DNA from: Candidatus Woesearchaeota archaeon
GTDB taxonomy: Archaea > Nanobdellota > Nanobdellia > Pacearchaeales > GW2011-AR1
Assembly (NCBI GenBank): GCA_964527365.1
Contig: CAZGQV010000002.1
Coordinates: forward strand, 12,212-76,211
Direction: 5' to 3'
Length of the DNA: 64,000 bases
This document shows positions 1 to 9,518 of this stretch, piece after piece. The notes beneath the pieces were generated by a model, which worked only from the letters and a program-made list of their open reading frames with translations, did no database searches and was not told the DNA's origin. A program made the position numbers and the translations under genes. Numbering within the stretch: position 1 is the stretch's first letter; each line of letters begins with the position of its first letter.

Positions 1-409
1 CCATATTATTCAAAAAAACTGTAATCACTAAAAAATCCACTTTATTTAATTTCTGCAAACTAAATAACAATTTCTGAATCTTCCCTTTAACATTTTCCTC
101 TTTCATCCTTGACAAAATTTTCTTTTCAACTTCTTCTAAATCAAAAGTATAATTCATTGAAAGTTCTTCAAAAGGACGTTTGTCAAAATTCTCAACATTA
201 ACAAATTCAATTGGCCCATTTAATTTGAAAGAATACATTTTTTCATATTGAGGTAACCAAAAATCAAAATGAACCTGGTTATTCGCACCATCTTTTTCTC
301 GGTCAAGAACAAAAAATCCACTACAAGGAAATGCTCCGGGATTTTCACGTCTAAAATTCTGATACTCTTCTGAATCAATTAATTTTTCATGATAAAATTG
401 AAATTTCAT
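1..409 (-). CDS. hypothetical protein, C-terminus cut by window edge
   Basis: Own minus-strand translation: ATG at 409-407 (MKFQFYHEKLIDSEEYQNFRRENPGAF...) stays open to the window start. It is absent from the ORF track, presumably because no stop lies inside the window. No family recognised. Confidence 0.4.
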   Translation of the reverse strand, partial: MKFQFYHEKLIDSEEYQNFRRENPGAFPCSGFFVLDREKDGANNQVHFDFWLPQYEKMYSFKLNGPIEFVNVENFDKRPFEELSMNYTFDLEEVEKKILSRMKEENVKGKIQKLLFSLQKLNKVDFLVITVFLNNM

Positions 410-421
410 AGAATAAGGGGA

Positions 422-1846
422 TTAAAGGTCTTTAAAAGTTTTTTCACCGTCAATTAAATCTCCCAACACTTGCCTTAACTCAGAAATCTTAACTCTTTTC
501 TGATCCATCGTATCTCTATCTCTAATTGTAACCGCCCCATCCCCCAACGAAATATCATCAACTGTTATACAAAAGGGAGTTCCCATTTCATCATTTCTTG
601 CATAACGTCTTCCAACTGAACCACTAACGTCATAATTAACATTAAATTTCTTTTTCAAATCATCAACAATTTTCCTAGCAACTTCTGCCTGTTTTCCTTT
701 CTTCATCAACGGAAAAATTGCAGCTTTAATTGGAGCCAGTTTAGGATTTAATTTCAAAACAATATTTCCTTTATCATTAACTGAATATGCTTCATATAAA
801 AAAACAAGTAAAGCTCTCTCCAACCCAAAACTAGGTTCACAAACAACTTCGGGAATAAATCTTTCTTTTTCTCCCTCTTCTAAAACACCCATTTTGGTTT
901 TTGAAAACTTTTCATGTTGAGTTAAATCATAAGTTCCCCTGTCAGCAATACCTTGAAGTTCTTTCCAACCAAATGGAAAATTATATTCTAAATCCCAACA
1001 ATCAGTTGAATAATGTGCAAGTTCATCAGGATCATGTTGTCTTAATCTAAAATTATCTAAATTTGCTCCCAAAGATTCAAACCAAACTAATGCTTGACCC
1101 AACCAATAAGCATGCCAATCCTTTTTGATAATTTTTTTCTTGTGGGCTTCAACTAAAGTCATTTGCTTACCTTTACTATCTCCCGAAGCTAAAACCAAAA
1201 CTTTTACTTCAGGAATTTCATAAGGACATTTATCTCCTGGTTTGATAAAATATTCAATTTCCATTTGTTCAAATTCCCTACATCTAAATAAAAAATTCCT
1301 GGGCGCAATTTCATTTCTAAAAGCTTTTCCCATTTGAGCAATTCCACAAGGCAATTTCATTCGAGCTCCCTCAAATACCGTTTTAAAATTTGTAAAAATT
1401 AATTGTGCAGTTTCAGGACGAAGATATCCATAAGAATCAAGCCCGATATTTGTCTTTAACATTTGTTCAATATCTTTAACATTATCCCAATCAATTTCCC
1501 CCCCACAATTAGGACATTTTATTTTCCCAATTTCATTTTTATCAACCTTATCAGCTTTCTTACATTTTTTACAAGTAATTAAAACATCACTAAAACTATC
1601 CACATGACCTGATGCTTTCCATACTTCAGGATTAGTTATAATAGCCCCATCAATTCCCTCAATATCTTTCCTTTCTCGAACATGAAAATTCCACCAAGAA
1701 TCCTTTAAATTTCTTTTTAACTCCACACCCAAAAACAAATAATCAAAAAAACCTTGAAAACCCCCATAAATTTCACCAGATTTCACAATAAAACCCTTCT
1801 TCTTACAAAACGAAGCCATCTCATCAATTGATAATTTGTTTGTCAT
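422..1846 (-). CDS. glyS: glycyl-tRNA synthetase, archaeal/eukaryotic-type class II
   Basis: 474 aa with class II motifs 'FRNEIAPRNFLFRCREFEQMEIEYF' and 'SFGLERALL', a Cys-rich insertion 'CKKCKK...CPNCGG' and an anticodon-binding C-terminus. Confidence 0.93.
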   Translation of the reverse strand: MTNKLSIDEMASFCKKKGFIVKSGEIYGGFQGFFDYLFLGVELKRNLKDSWWNFHVRERKDIEGIDGAIITNPEVWKASGHVDSFSDVLITCKKCKKADKVDKNEIGKIKCPNCGGEIDWDNVKDIEQMLKTNIGLDSYGYLRPETAQLIFTNFKTVFEGARMKLPCGIAQMGKAFRNEIAPRNFLFRCREFEQMEIEYFIKPGDKCPYEIPEVKVLVLASGDSKGKQMTLVEAHKKKIIKKDWHAYWLGQALVWFESLGANLDNFRLRQHDPDELAHYSTDCWDLEYNFPFGWKELQGIADRGTYDLTQHEKFSKTKMGVLEEGEKERFIPEVVCEPSFGLERALLVFLYEAYSVNDKGNIVLKLNPKLAPIKAAIFPLMKKGKQAEVARKIVDDLKKKFNVNYDVSGSVGRRYARNDEMGTPFCITVDDISLGDGAVTIRDRDTMDQKRVKISELRQVLGDLIDGEKTFKDL

Positions 1847-1935
1847 AATTAGATGTAGGGTAAGAAGTTTTTAAGTTTTAGGATTGATAAATACAAAGCA
1901 ATAGAAATATAAATCTTAAAAAAAATAGTTTCTTT

Positions 1936-2685
1936 ATGAAAAAGATATTAATTACTGGGGCCACTTCTGGAATAGGAAATGTTCTAATGAGAAAGTTGAT
2001 TGATAAAAATTATTTTTTAATTTTAGTGGGAAAAAATGAAAAAAGACTAAAAAATATTAAAAAAGAATTGAAAGAAAAAAAGAATGTTCTTTTTTTAAAA
2101 GTAGATCTTTCCAATCAAAAAAAACTTGAATCTTTTGCTAAAAAATATGCTTCCGATATAGATATCCTAATTAATTCTGCAGCAGAATTTGGCCCAACAA
2201 AAAAAATTCAAAATCTCTCATATGAGGAGATCTTACTTTCCTACAAAGTTAATGTTCTCTCTCCTGCCATCTTGACCAAATATGCTCTTCCCCACATGCA
2301 TAAAAAAGGGTTTGGAAGAATAATTAATTTGGGCTCCACTTCAAGTTTAACTCCCTATCCTTTAAGAATTCCTTATGGGATTAGTAAATCTGCACTTGCA
2401 AGCCTTACTTCAACAATTAATTCGGAAGTGTTTATAGAAAATAAAAATATTAATATTAAATCATACATTCTTTGTATTCCTCCAACAAAAGGAAATAGAA
2501 TTGAAAAGCAAATATTTGAAAGAGCCAAAACTACTAGAAAAAAAATAAATGACGTAAGAAAAAAATTTAAATCAATAAAAGGAAAATTCTTTACTCCAGA
2601 AGAAATTGTTACAAAAATTATAAATTTAATAAAAGAAAATTCGGAAATTGATAAAAATAGAAAAGGTATTATAAATTTTAATTAA
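1936..2685 (+). CDS. short-chain dehydrogenase/reductase (SDR) family oxidoreductase
   Basis: N-terminal Rossmann motif 'ITGATSGIG' and catalytic 'YGISKSAL' (YxxxK) after 'GSTSS'. Confidence 0.8.
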   Translation: MKKILITGATSGIGNVLMRKLIDKNYFLILVGKNEKRLKNIKKELKEKKNVLFLKVDLSNQKKLESFAKKYASDIDILINSAAEFGPTKKIQNLSYEEILLSYKVNVLSPAILTKYALPHMHKKGFGRIINLGSTSSLTPYPLRIPYGISKSALASLTSTINSEVFIENKNINIKSYILCIPPTKGNRIEKQIFERAKTTRKKINDVRKKFKSIKGKFFTPEEIVTKIINLIKENSEIDKNRKGIINFN

Positions 2686-2691
2686 TTATTC

Positions 2692-2916
2692 TTATAAATC
2701 CTCATTCATTTTCATCAAAACCATCAACTTCTCTTTGTCAACACAAGGCCTACAATAAGGAAAAAAAGAAATATCTGCATCAGAATAAGGATAAAAAACA
2801 ACTGCAGGAACTTTTTTCTCCTTTTCATAACATTTCACACAATAATAATCCTTAGCGAAAACTTTCCCTTCGGATCTATCTTTTCCCCAAACTCCTAATT
2901 TTTTTTCAATTGCCAC
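2692..2916 (-). CDS. small zinc-ribbon-like protein (hypothetical)
   Basis: 74 aa with two CxxC pairs (CVKC ... CRPC). Its start overlaps the stop of the upstream gene by 11 nt. Confidence 0.4.
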   Translation of the reverse strand: MAIEKKLGVWGKDRSEGKVFAKDYYCVKCYEKEKKVPAVVFYPYSDADISFFPYCRPCVDKEKLMVLMKMNEDL

Positions 2917-3451
2917 CTTTCTTCTTTAACCTCCCTTCCAAATTTCCAACCATTAAATTTAAATCTTTAAAATAATTAACACCAATTTTTGCATAATCAT
3001 CTGGAGAAAAAAGACTCACCAAATTATAATTTAAATCCTCTGAAGAAAAACAAACATATTTCAAATAAAGAGCATCCAACAAAGAATCCCACACACATGC
3101 TTCCCCATACGCCCCAGTAAAAATTAATTTATTCATTTTATCTTTCTTCAATTTCTCTCCCAATTCAACATATTTTTTATTTGATTTATCTAAAACAGAT
3201 TTCAGAAAACAAGAAGTTTCATTCTTAAGATAACTTTGAACAATAAATTCATTTCTCACCCCAGCAGAAACTTCTTCTAAAGTATCCCCTACACCAAAAG
3301 ATTCAATTAAATAAATTCTTGCCCCTCTCTTTCTAAAAATATCAAATAATTCATTTTGTTTACCAATCAATTTATTTGTTCTATCCACAAAAAATTCTTG
3401 CATATCTATGACAACAATACCCAAATCCGAAAAATCATCTAAAGCTTTCAT
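2906..3451 (-). CDS. isochorismatase-family (cysteine hydrolase) protein
   Basis: 'IVVIDMQEFF' (family VxDxQxxF motif), a conserved Lys region 'LKNETSCF' and the catalytic-Cys region 'TGAYGEACV'. Confidence 0.6.
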   Translation of the reverse strand: MKALDDFSDLGIVVIDMQEFFVDRTNKLIGKQNELFDIFRKRGARIYLIESFGVGDTLEEVSAGVRNEFIVQSYLKNETSCFLKSVLDKSNKKYVELGEKLKKDKMNKLIFTGAYGEACVWDSLLDALYLKYVCFSSEDLNYNLVSLFSPDDYAKIGVNYFKDLNLMVGNLEGRLKKKGGN

Positions 3452-3495
3452 AAAAAAACCACTAAATTTAGAATTATAAATTATTGTATTGGTAA

Positions 3496-5202
3496 CTACT
3501 TCTTCCCCGCAACTTCAATCTTTAGCTTATCCACAAACTCTGATAGCTTCATCTTAGAAATTTCTTTTTCCCCATTTTTCTTAAAAGCTACAACTTTTTC
3601 TTTTTCTTCCTCCTCCCCAACAGTAACCAAATAATTAAATCTTTCAATTGAAGCATCACGTACTTTCTTTCCGATAGATTCATTTCTAGAATCTAATTCA
3701 ACTCTAAAACCCTCATCAAACAATTTATCATAAACTTCTTTAGAATAATCATTAACACCTTCATTCATTGTCATAACTTTAATCTGATTCGGACTCATCC
3801 ATAAAGGAAACTTCCCATTGTAGTTCTCTGTGATAATTCCAATAAATCTTTCTAAAGAACCATAAATAGCACGATGTAACATTACCGGTCTTTTTTCTTT
3901 TCCTTTTTCATCCAAATAAGTTAAATCAAATCTTCGAGGCAAACTCATATCAAATTGAATTGTTGAACATTGCCAAGTTCTTTTCAAAGAATCTTCCAAA
4001 TGGTAATCAATTTTAGCACCATAAAAAGCACCATCTCCTTCGTTAATTTTATATTTCACATTCTTAGTTTTCAAAACCTTTTCCAAAGTCTTTTCAGCAA
4101 AATCCCATTCTTCATCTGTTCCAATTCTTTTTTCCGGACGAGTAGAAAGTTCAACATGATGAATTTTCAACCCAAAAGTATCTAAAATTTCTTTGGTTAA
4201 ATCCATAACTCTCCCAACTTCTTCTTCAGCTTGTTTTTCTGTACAAAACACATGTGCATCATCTTGAACAAATTGTATAACTCTAAAAAGTCCAGATAAA
4301 ACTCCTGAAAGTTCAACTCGATGAACCCAACCAAGTTCCCCTACTTTCAAAGGAAAATCTTTATATGATTTCGGAGAATTTTTGTAAACAAGCATCCCCC
4401 CTGGACAATTCATTGGTTTAGCTAAAAAATCCCTTCCCTCGTATTGAGTTTTAAAATTATTTTCATGATATTTTGACCAATGTCCAGAAATCTCCCAAAG
4501 TTTTCGGTCTAAAATTTGTGGGGTAGAAATTTCTTCATATCTATCTCTTCTATGAAGTAGCCTCCAATATTCAATTAATTTATTTTTAATATGTAATCCT
4601 TTGTCATGCCAAAAAACCATTCCCGGTGCAACTTCATTAAAACTCCACAAATCCATTTTTTTCCCAATAATTCTATGATCATTATCAGCAAGTTTAGACG
4701 TATCTAATCTAGATTTAGAAATCTGATGTAATAATTTTTTCCTTTCATCTTCACTAAGATCTTCAATAACTTCATCATTTCCAGAAACAATCTCCCGACT
4801 CAACTCACTTAAAGGATGCCCCTTAACTTTCATTTCAAAACTTTTGTAATATCCAAAAGGGGCACGAAAAACATTAATTTTATCTTTCTTCAATCTCTTT
4901 TCTGTTTCTTCTAAAATTTCAATAGCAATCCCTGGTTTTCCCAAATTACGAGATAAATGAGCATAAGGATACAAAACAACATTCTCTGCTTTAACTTGCT
5001 CTAAAATATCTTTAATATTCCTAACATATTCCTCCACCGTATCTAAATTGTCACCTTTTTCAACAGCAGTCATAACAACTAAAGCCTCAGTTACTTTTTT
5101 CTTTACAGGATCTTGATTAGAACTCAACTCATCAATATTTTTCAAGGCCTTCTTCAAACCCTCCCATTCAATATAATCTACATGTAAATTAAGTGTTTTC
5201 AT
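3496..5202 (-). CDS. thrS: threonyl-tRNA synthetase with archaeal-type N-terminal editing domain
   Basis: The N-terminus 'HVDYIEWEG...AENVVLYPYAHLS...KGHPLSELSREIV' matches the archaeal ThrRS editing domain. The class II core shows 'FRVIQFVQDDAHVF' and 'HRAIYGSLERFIG'. Confidence 0.93.
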   Translation of the reverse strand: MKTLNLHVDYIEWEGLKKALKNIDELSSNQDPVKKKVTEALVVMTAVEKGDNLDTVEEYVRNIKDILEQVKAENVVLYPYAHLSRNLGKPGIAIEILEETEKRLKKDKINVFRAPFGYYKSFEMKVKGHPLSELSREIVSGNDEVIEDLSEDERKKLLHQISKSRLDTSKLADNDHRIIGKKMDLWSFNEVAPGMVFWHDKGLHIKNKLIEYWRLLHRRDRYEEISTPQILDRKLWEISGHWSKYHENNFKTQYEGRDFLAKPMNCPGGMLVYKNSPKSYKDFPLKVGELGWVHRVELSGVLSGLFRVIQFVQDDAHVFCTEKQAEEEVGRVMDLTKEILDTFGLKIHHVELSTRPEKRIGTDEEWDFAEKTLEKVLKTKNVKYKINEGDGAFYGAKIDYHLEDSLKRTWQCSTIQFDMSLPRRFDLTYLDEKGKEKRPVMLHRAIYGSLERFIGIITENYNGKFPLWMSPNQIKVMTMNEGVNDYSKEVYDKLFDEGFRVELDSRNESIGKKVRDASIERFNYLVTVGEEEEKEKVVAFKKNGEKEISKMKLSEFVDKLKIEVAGKK

Positions 5203-5222
5203 AATAATATTAGAGAACCGTG

Positions 5223-5232
5223 TTTTATAAAA
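5223..5232 (-). promoter_or_regulatory. TATA-like box for thrS
   Basis: Minus-strand TTTTATAAAA ends about 20 nt upstream of the thrS ATG (5202). No SD-like motif lies between them. Confidence 0.4.
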
Positions 5233-6348
5233 TTAATTGGTTTTGTAAATAAACTTATCAAGCAATTTCTCAGCTTCAACTCTTTTCTTCTGATGCACAG
5301 CTAAAAATTCATTTATTTTATCAATCAAAATTCCCTTAATTTCTCCACTAAGTAGCTCTCCCTTCCGATACTTAGAATAAATTTCTTCTAATTTTTTATC
5401 ATCTTCTTCAAAATATTTCAACCATTGACACGCAACATCAACTTCAACATTTCCACCTTTGGCCCTATGCTCTTCCACAGTATCTTGTCCCCCACTAAAA
5501 GCATATTTATTTATTTTTTTCTTAACTTGCGCCGGAGTATCCGTCATCAAAATTGCCTTATCTGGATCAGATGATGACATTTTACCTTCAGGGCCAGTCA
5601 AAGCAGTCATAAACTTAGAATGAATAATTGCAGGTTTTTTATGGCCCAATTTTTCAATAACATCTCGACTAATTCTAAAATGGGGATCTTGATCAAGTGC
5701 CATGGGGATTAAACAATTTTCATTTTTTCCACTCAAAACATTTGGTAAAAATACTGGAACCGTTTGCATTGCCGTATAAAAAATACTTCCGATATTATTT
5801 GAATCAGTAAATCCGAATGCTCCCTTTATTTGATTGAAAGGAATTTTTTTGGCAACTTTGACAGCTTCAGGATACATTATTCCCGCGTGTTTTGTGTCAA
5901 TCAAAAAATGTGTTTTTTCGGGATCAAAACCAAGGGCAATGACATCAAGCATATTTTCTCTAGTCCATTCTTGAATTTCATCCCAACTCTTATCTTTATA
6001 CAAATATTTCTCGTCATCCGTAAATTGAAACCAAAGTTCAACATCAAATTTATCTTGAAGCCATTTAGTAAATAACCAGACACTAATATGTCCCAAATGA
6101 ATTGGTCCAGAAGGACCACATCCAGTATAAAGAAAAAACTTCTTACCTTCCTTGTATTCATCAATAACTTTTTTTAAATCCCTATAAGCAAAGAAAATAC
6201 CTCTCCTCAAATAAGGGTGGAGCTCTCCCGTAATTTCTTTAATTTCGTTTAAAACTTCTGGAGTAATTTTCTTCACCCCAAATTCGTTAATTAATTTATC
6301 ATAATCAACTGTGCCTTCTATTTCATACGGATTAATTTTTCTTTTCAT
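5233..6348 (-). CDS. trpS: tryptophanyl-tRNA synthetase (archaeal/eukaryotic type)
   Basis: 'FFLYTGCGPSGPIHLGH' (HIGH), 'KMSSSDP' (KMSKS) and 'FTKWLQD...QFTDDEKYL', 'FGFTDSNNIG', 'DQDPHFR', 'NKYAFSGGQDT' closely resemble eukaryotic/archaeal TrpRS. The start is moved to the MKRKINPYE Met at 6348 because the track ORF (to 6435) reads through a tRNA gene. Confidence 0.9.
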   Translation of the reverse strand: MKRKINPYEIEGTVDYDKLINEFGVKKITPEVLNEIKEITGELHPYLRRGIFFAYRDLKKVIDEYKEGKKFFLYTGCGPSGPIHLGHISVWLFTKWLQDKFDVELWFQFTDDEKYLYKDKSWDEIQEWTRENMLDVIALGFDPEKTHFLIDTKHAGIMYPEAVKVAKKIPFNQIKGAFGFTDSNNIGSIFYTAMQTVPVFLPNVLSGKNENCLIPMALDQDPHFRISRDVIEKLGHKKPAIIHSKFMTALTGPEGKMSSSDPDKAILMTDTPAQVKKKINKYAFSGGQDTVEEHRAKGGNVEVDVACQWLKYFEEDDKKLEEIYSKYRKGELLSGEIKGILIDKINEFLAVHQKKRVEAEKLLDKFIYKTN

Positions 6349-6360
6349 TTTATTTGAATA

Positions 6361-6431
6361 TGAGCACAGGGGGAATCGAACCCCCTTCCTCGGCTCTGGA
6401 GGCCGATATACTACCAGTGTACGATGCGCCC
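6361..6431 (-). tRNA. tRNA-Trp (anticodon CCA)
   Basis: Hand-folded minus strand: GGGCGCA-UC-GUAC-ACUGGUA-GUAU-A-UCGGC-CUCCAGA-GCCGA-GGAA-GGGGG-UUCGAUU-CCCCC-UGUGCUC-A. All four stems pair (two G-U in the acceptor), U33 is present and CCA is not encoded. Confidence 0.85.
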
Positions 6432-6541
6432 GCAATATTTTTTCTAATTGTTCTTAATATTTAAAGATTTGGACTTTCCAAACACCAGAGATTTTATAAA
6501 TAATTTATCCTTGTTATCCATATAAAATAAAAAAATCCAAA

Positions 6542-8551
6542 ATGAAAAAAATATTCCTTTTCTTAATATTAGCACTTTTCCTAATTTCACTTGTCTCGGG
6601 AAGTGTGTTCTTAGAAAAAGAGCCAAACGAATTATATAATTTACAAGATAAAATAGAACTAACTTTGAAAATAAACCCAGACATAGAATTCAATAATCTT
6701 TTAACAATAGTTTTGGATTGCCCAACAGGAAAGACAGAAATTTACAAAGAATATTTATTTCTAAATGAAAACATTACAAAAAACTTAATTATCCCCTTAG
6801 TAAAAGAATTCATTGGAAATAACAAAGGATTATGTCAAATTCAAAGTAAAATTGAAAATAAAACTGATTCAATCTCAGAAAAATTCATAATTTCAAATAA
6901 AATTGAAATAACTCTTGAAAAATATGAATCATTAACTCCAGGACAAACAACAATAATCAAAGGACAAGCTCTAAGAGAAAATGGAAAAACCTTTAACGGT
7001 TTAATTGAAGCAAAAATAAAAATAAATGATGATGATGAAATATTTATTAAAGAAAATATAACAAATGGTGTTTTCTTGTTAAATTTTGAAATTCCAAAAA
7101 ATTCAAAAGCTGGAGACAGAATAATAAAACTCTATGCATATGAAACAAATTCTAAATCACAAATAACAAATGAAGGAAATTCAACTTCAATGGTTGTAAT
7201 AAAACAAATTCCAACAAACATTGAAATCCAATTAGAAAAAAAAGAAATACTTTCTGGAGAAAATTTAAAATTCACTATTGTTTTGCACGATCAAACAGGT
7301 GAAAACATAGATTCAATGGCATATGTTGCAATCAAAAATTTCAACGAAGAAATAATAGAACAAATTAAAAGACCAACCGATGAATTGATAGAATATCAAG
7401 TAAAATATGACGAAGCACCAAACACTTGGAGTATTTCTGCATATGTGAAAGAAATAATCAATAAAGTTGAATTCACAATAAAAGAAAATAAAAAAATAGA
7501 ATTGGATATTATTAATAAAACACTTATTGTTTCAAACAAAGGAAACGTGCTATATAACGAGTCATTAAGTATAAAACTAGGGGGGGAAACAATTAAACTC
7601 CCAGTTTATTTAAATGTGAATCAAAAAGAATTATATCTTCTCTCAGCACCAGAAGGAGAACATAATGTCGAAATAGGAAATTTTTCCGAAAAAGTTTCAC
7701 TTACTGGGAACACAATAAAAATAAAAAAACTTTCTAATTCTAAAGGAGAATTAAGTTCTACAATTGCCTGGATTTTCTTAATCTTAATTTTAGGTTTTGT
7801 TGCATATGTAATTTTCAAAAAAACACAGAAGAAAAATTTCTTTGCTAGATTAGTTCCTTCAAAAAAGAAGAAAGATAAAATAGTTGAAAATAAAAATTTA
7901 ACAGGATTCATAAACCCAAAAACAAAGTCAGAAATTTCTCTTTCAATATCTGGAAGCAAACAAAATGCTTGTATTGGATGTATTTCTTTCAAAAATTACA
8001 AAGAAATAAAAATAGGAATTGGAAACGTTAGAGAAACTTTACAAAAAATAACAGAACTTGTTGAAGAAAATAAAGGGTTTATGTATCAAAACAACGATAA
8101 TTTATTCTTTATTTTAGCACCAGTAAAAACAAAAACATTTCAAAATGAACACAACGGAGTAAAAATAGCAGATAAAATAAAATTTATTTTAGAAGATCAC
8201 AATAAAAGATTCAAACAAAAAATAGATTTTGGGATTAGTTTAAATTATGGAACAATAATTACAAAGCAAGAAAATACAAAACTCAAATTTATGAGTATGG
8301 GAACATTACTAAACACTGCTAAAAAACTAGCAAAGCATGCTAAAAAAGAAATTTACATAGGGCAAAAAGTAAAAGAAAGATTAGGAAATGAAATAAAAAC
8401 AGAACTAAAACACTTGGGCACAATCTCAGTTCATTTATTTAAAGAAATTAAAACCACAGGACAACACACAAAATTCATCGATGGTTTTGTTGCAAGACAA
8501 AAAAAAGAAATTGCTAAAAAAGAACACGAAGCAAAACAAAAACAAAACTAA
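6542..8551 (+). CDS. membrane protein: signal peptide, large extracellular region, one TM, cytoplasmic nucleotidyl-cyclase-like domain (degenerate)
   Basis: Signal-like N-terminus MKKIFLFLILALFLISLVSG and a TM 'IAWIFLILILGFVAYVIF'. The C-terminal ~170 aa align by eye to the class III cyclase fold ('KGFMYQNNDNLFFILAP', 'IDFGISLNYGTIIT', 'MGTLLNTAKKLAKHAK'). Confidence 0.5.
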   Translation: MKKIFLFLILALFLISLVSGSVFLEKEPNELYNLQDKIELTLKINPDIEFNNLLTIVLDCPTGKTEIYKEYLFLNENITKNLIIPLVKEFIGNNKGLCQIQSKIENKTDSISEKFIISNKIEITLEKYESLTPGQTTIIKGQALRENGKTFNGLIEAKIKINDDDEIFIKENITNGVFLLNFEIPKNSKAGDRIIKLYAYETNSKSQITNEGNSTSMVVIKQIPTNIEIQLEKKEILSGENLKFTIVLHDQTGENIDSMAYVAIKNFNEEIIEQIKRPTDELIEYQVKYDEAPNTWSISAYVKEIINKVEFTIKENKKIELDIINKTLIVSNKGNVLYNESLSIKLGGETIKLPVYLNVNQKELYLLSAPEGEHNVEIGNFSEKVSLTGNTIKIKKLSNSKGELSSTIAWIFLILILGFVAYVIFKKTQKKNFFARLVPSKKKKDKIVENKNLTGFINPKTKSEISLSISGSKQNACIGCISFKNYKEIKIGIGNVRETLQKITELVEENKGFMYQNNDNLFFILAPVKTKTFQNEHNGVKIADKIKFILEDHNKRFKQKIDFGISLNYGTIITKQENTKLKFMSMGTLLNTAKKLAKHAKKEIYIGQKVKERLGNEIKTELKHLGTISVHLFKEIKTTGQHTKFIDGFVARQKKEIAKKEHEAKQKQN

Positions 8552-8561
8552 TTTTTTTACC

Positions 8562-9479
8562 TTAAACTTTATTTATTTCTTCCTTTACTAAATCTTTAAC
8601 ATGATCTCTTAAATTTTCTTTTTTCTTTGAATTAGCAACTTCTTCTTTTACAATATCTTTTACTTCCTCTTTTGTAAACTTTTCTTTTCCTTCTTCATTC
8701 AAAGGAATTTCTCCTTTCTTTTCTTTTTTATTAAATAACCAAGAGATAAAATTAGAAATTTTCATCCCAAACCCAAAAAAATGAAACGCAATTCCAACAG
8801 CAAATAAAATTATTCCAATTATGACCATAATAAGAAATACGTTATAAGCTCTAGAAAGAAAAACTGTTGCTAAATCAAATAAAGAAGAATCTGGAATAAA
8901 AGACATAACCCAATTTAATTTTCTAAAAGGCAAAGCTGCAATAATCATTAAAATTCCTGCAATTGTTAGTGGAGAATTCTTTGAATCAGTAAACAAAAAT
9001 AAAAGCACAAAAAGTACACAAGATAACAAAAGAGCCCAATAAAAAAGGCTCTTCCAATAAACTCTTGCTTTTTCAGAAACCAAAACATACGGAGTATTTT
9101 CAACCTTCAAACATTCCCAAAAAGAACAATCATAATTTTTATAATATATTTGACTTACAAAAGCATCAATTCCATAACTAATAACATCGCCTACCCCTTG
9201 GTTAATCACATCACAAGGGATTTCTAAATTAAAATCATCCTGATTTAGGGGAAAATTAGAATTACTTAAACAATAAACTTCCATAACACCATAATTATTA
9301 GTCAAAATTTCTAGAACTCCAACGTCATCAATAAAAGAATTGGCAAAACTAGCTAAATTGGGTGAAACAGTTTCATATTCTAAAGACCAAGATAACGTTA
9401 AAAAACTATTTCCCAAAAACAAAGACAAAAATAAGACCACACTTAAAAAAATAACAATACCACTTTTTATGAATCCCAT
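8562..9479 (-). CDS. multi-pass membrane protein (hypothetical) with Lys/Glu-rich tail
   Basis: 305 aa with several hydrophobic segments. No family recognised. Confidence 0.5.
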   Translation of the reverse strand: MGFIKSGIVIFLSVVLFLSLFLGNSFLTLSWSLEYETVSPNLASFANSFIDDVGVLEILTNNYGVMEVYCLSNSNFPLNQDDFNLEIPCDVINQGVGDVISYGIDAFVSQIYYKNYDCSFWECLKVENTPYVLVSEKARVYWKSLFYWALLLSCVLFVLLFLFTDSKNSPLTIAGILMIIAALPFRKLNWVMSFIPDSSLFDLATVFLSRAYNVFLIMVIIGIILFAVGIAFHFFGFGMKISNFISWLFNKKEKKGEIPLNEEGKEKFTKEEVKDIVKEEVANSKKKENLRDHVKDLVKEEINKV

Positions 9480-9518
9480 ATTCAGACAAAGAAATTCATA
9501 TTTATAAAATTATTTTAA

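Noticed and set aside
3970-6164. Nested ORFs inside thrS and trpS (3970..4185+, 5830..6075+, 5901..6164-)
   Set aside because: They lie entirely within high-confidence aaRS genes and give hydrophobic, low-complexity translations typical of AT-rich off-frames.
6349-6435. N-terminal 29 aa (MRAHRTLVVYRPPEPRKGVRFPLCSYSNK) of the 400-aa track ORF 5233..6435
   Set aside because: This stretch is the reverse complement of a well-folding tRNA-Trp gene. TrpRS homology begins at the Met at 6348.
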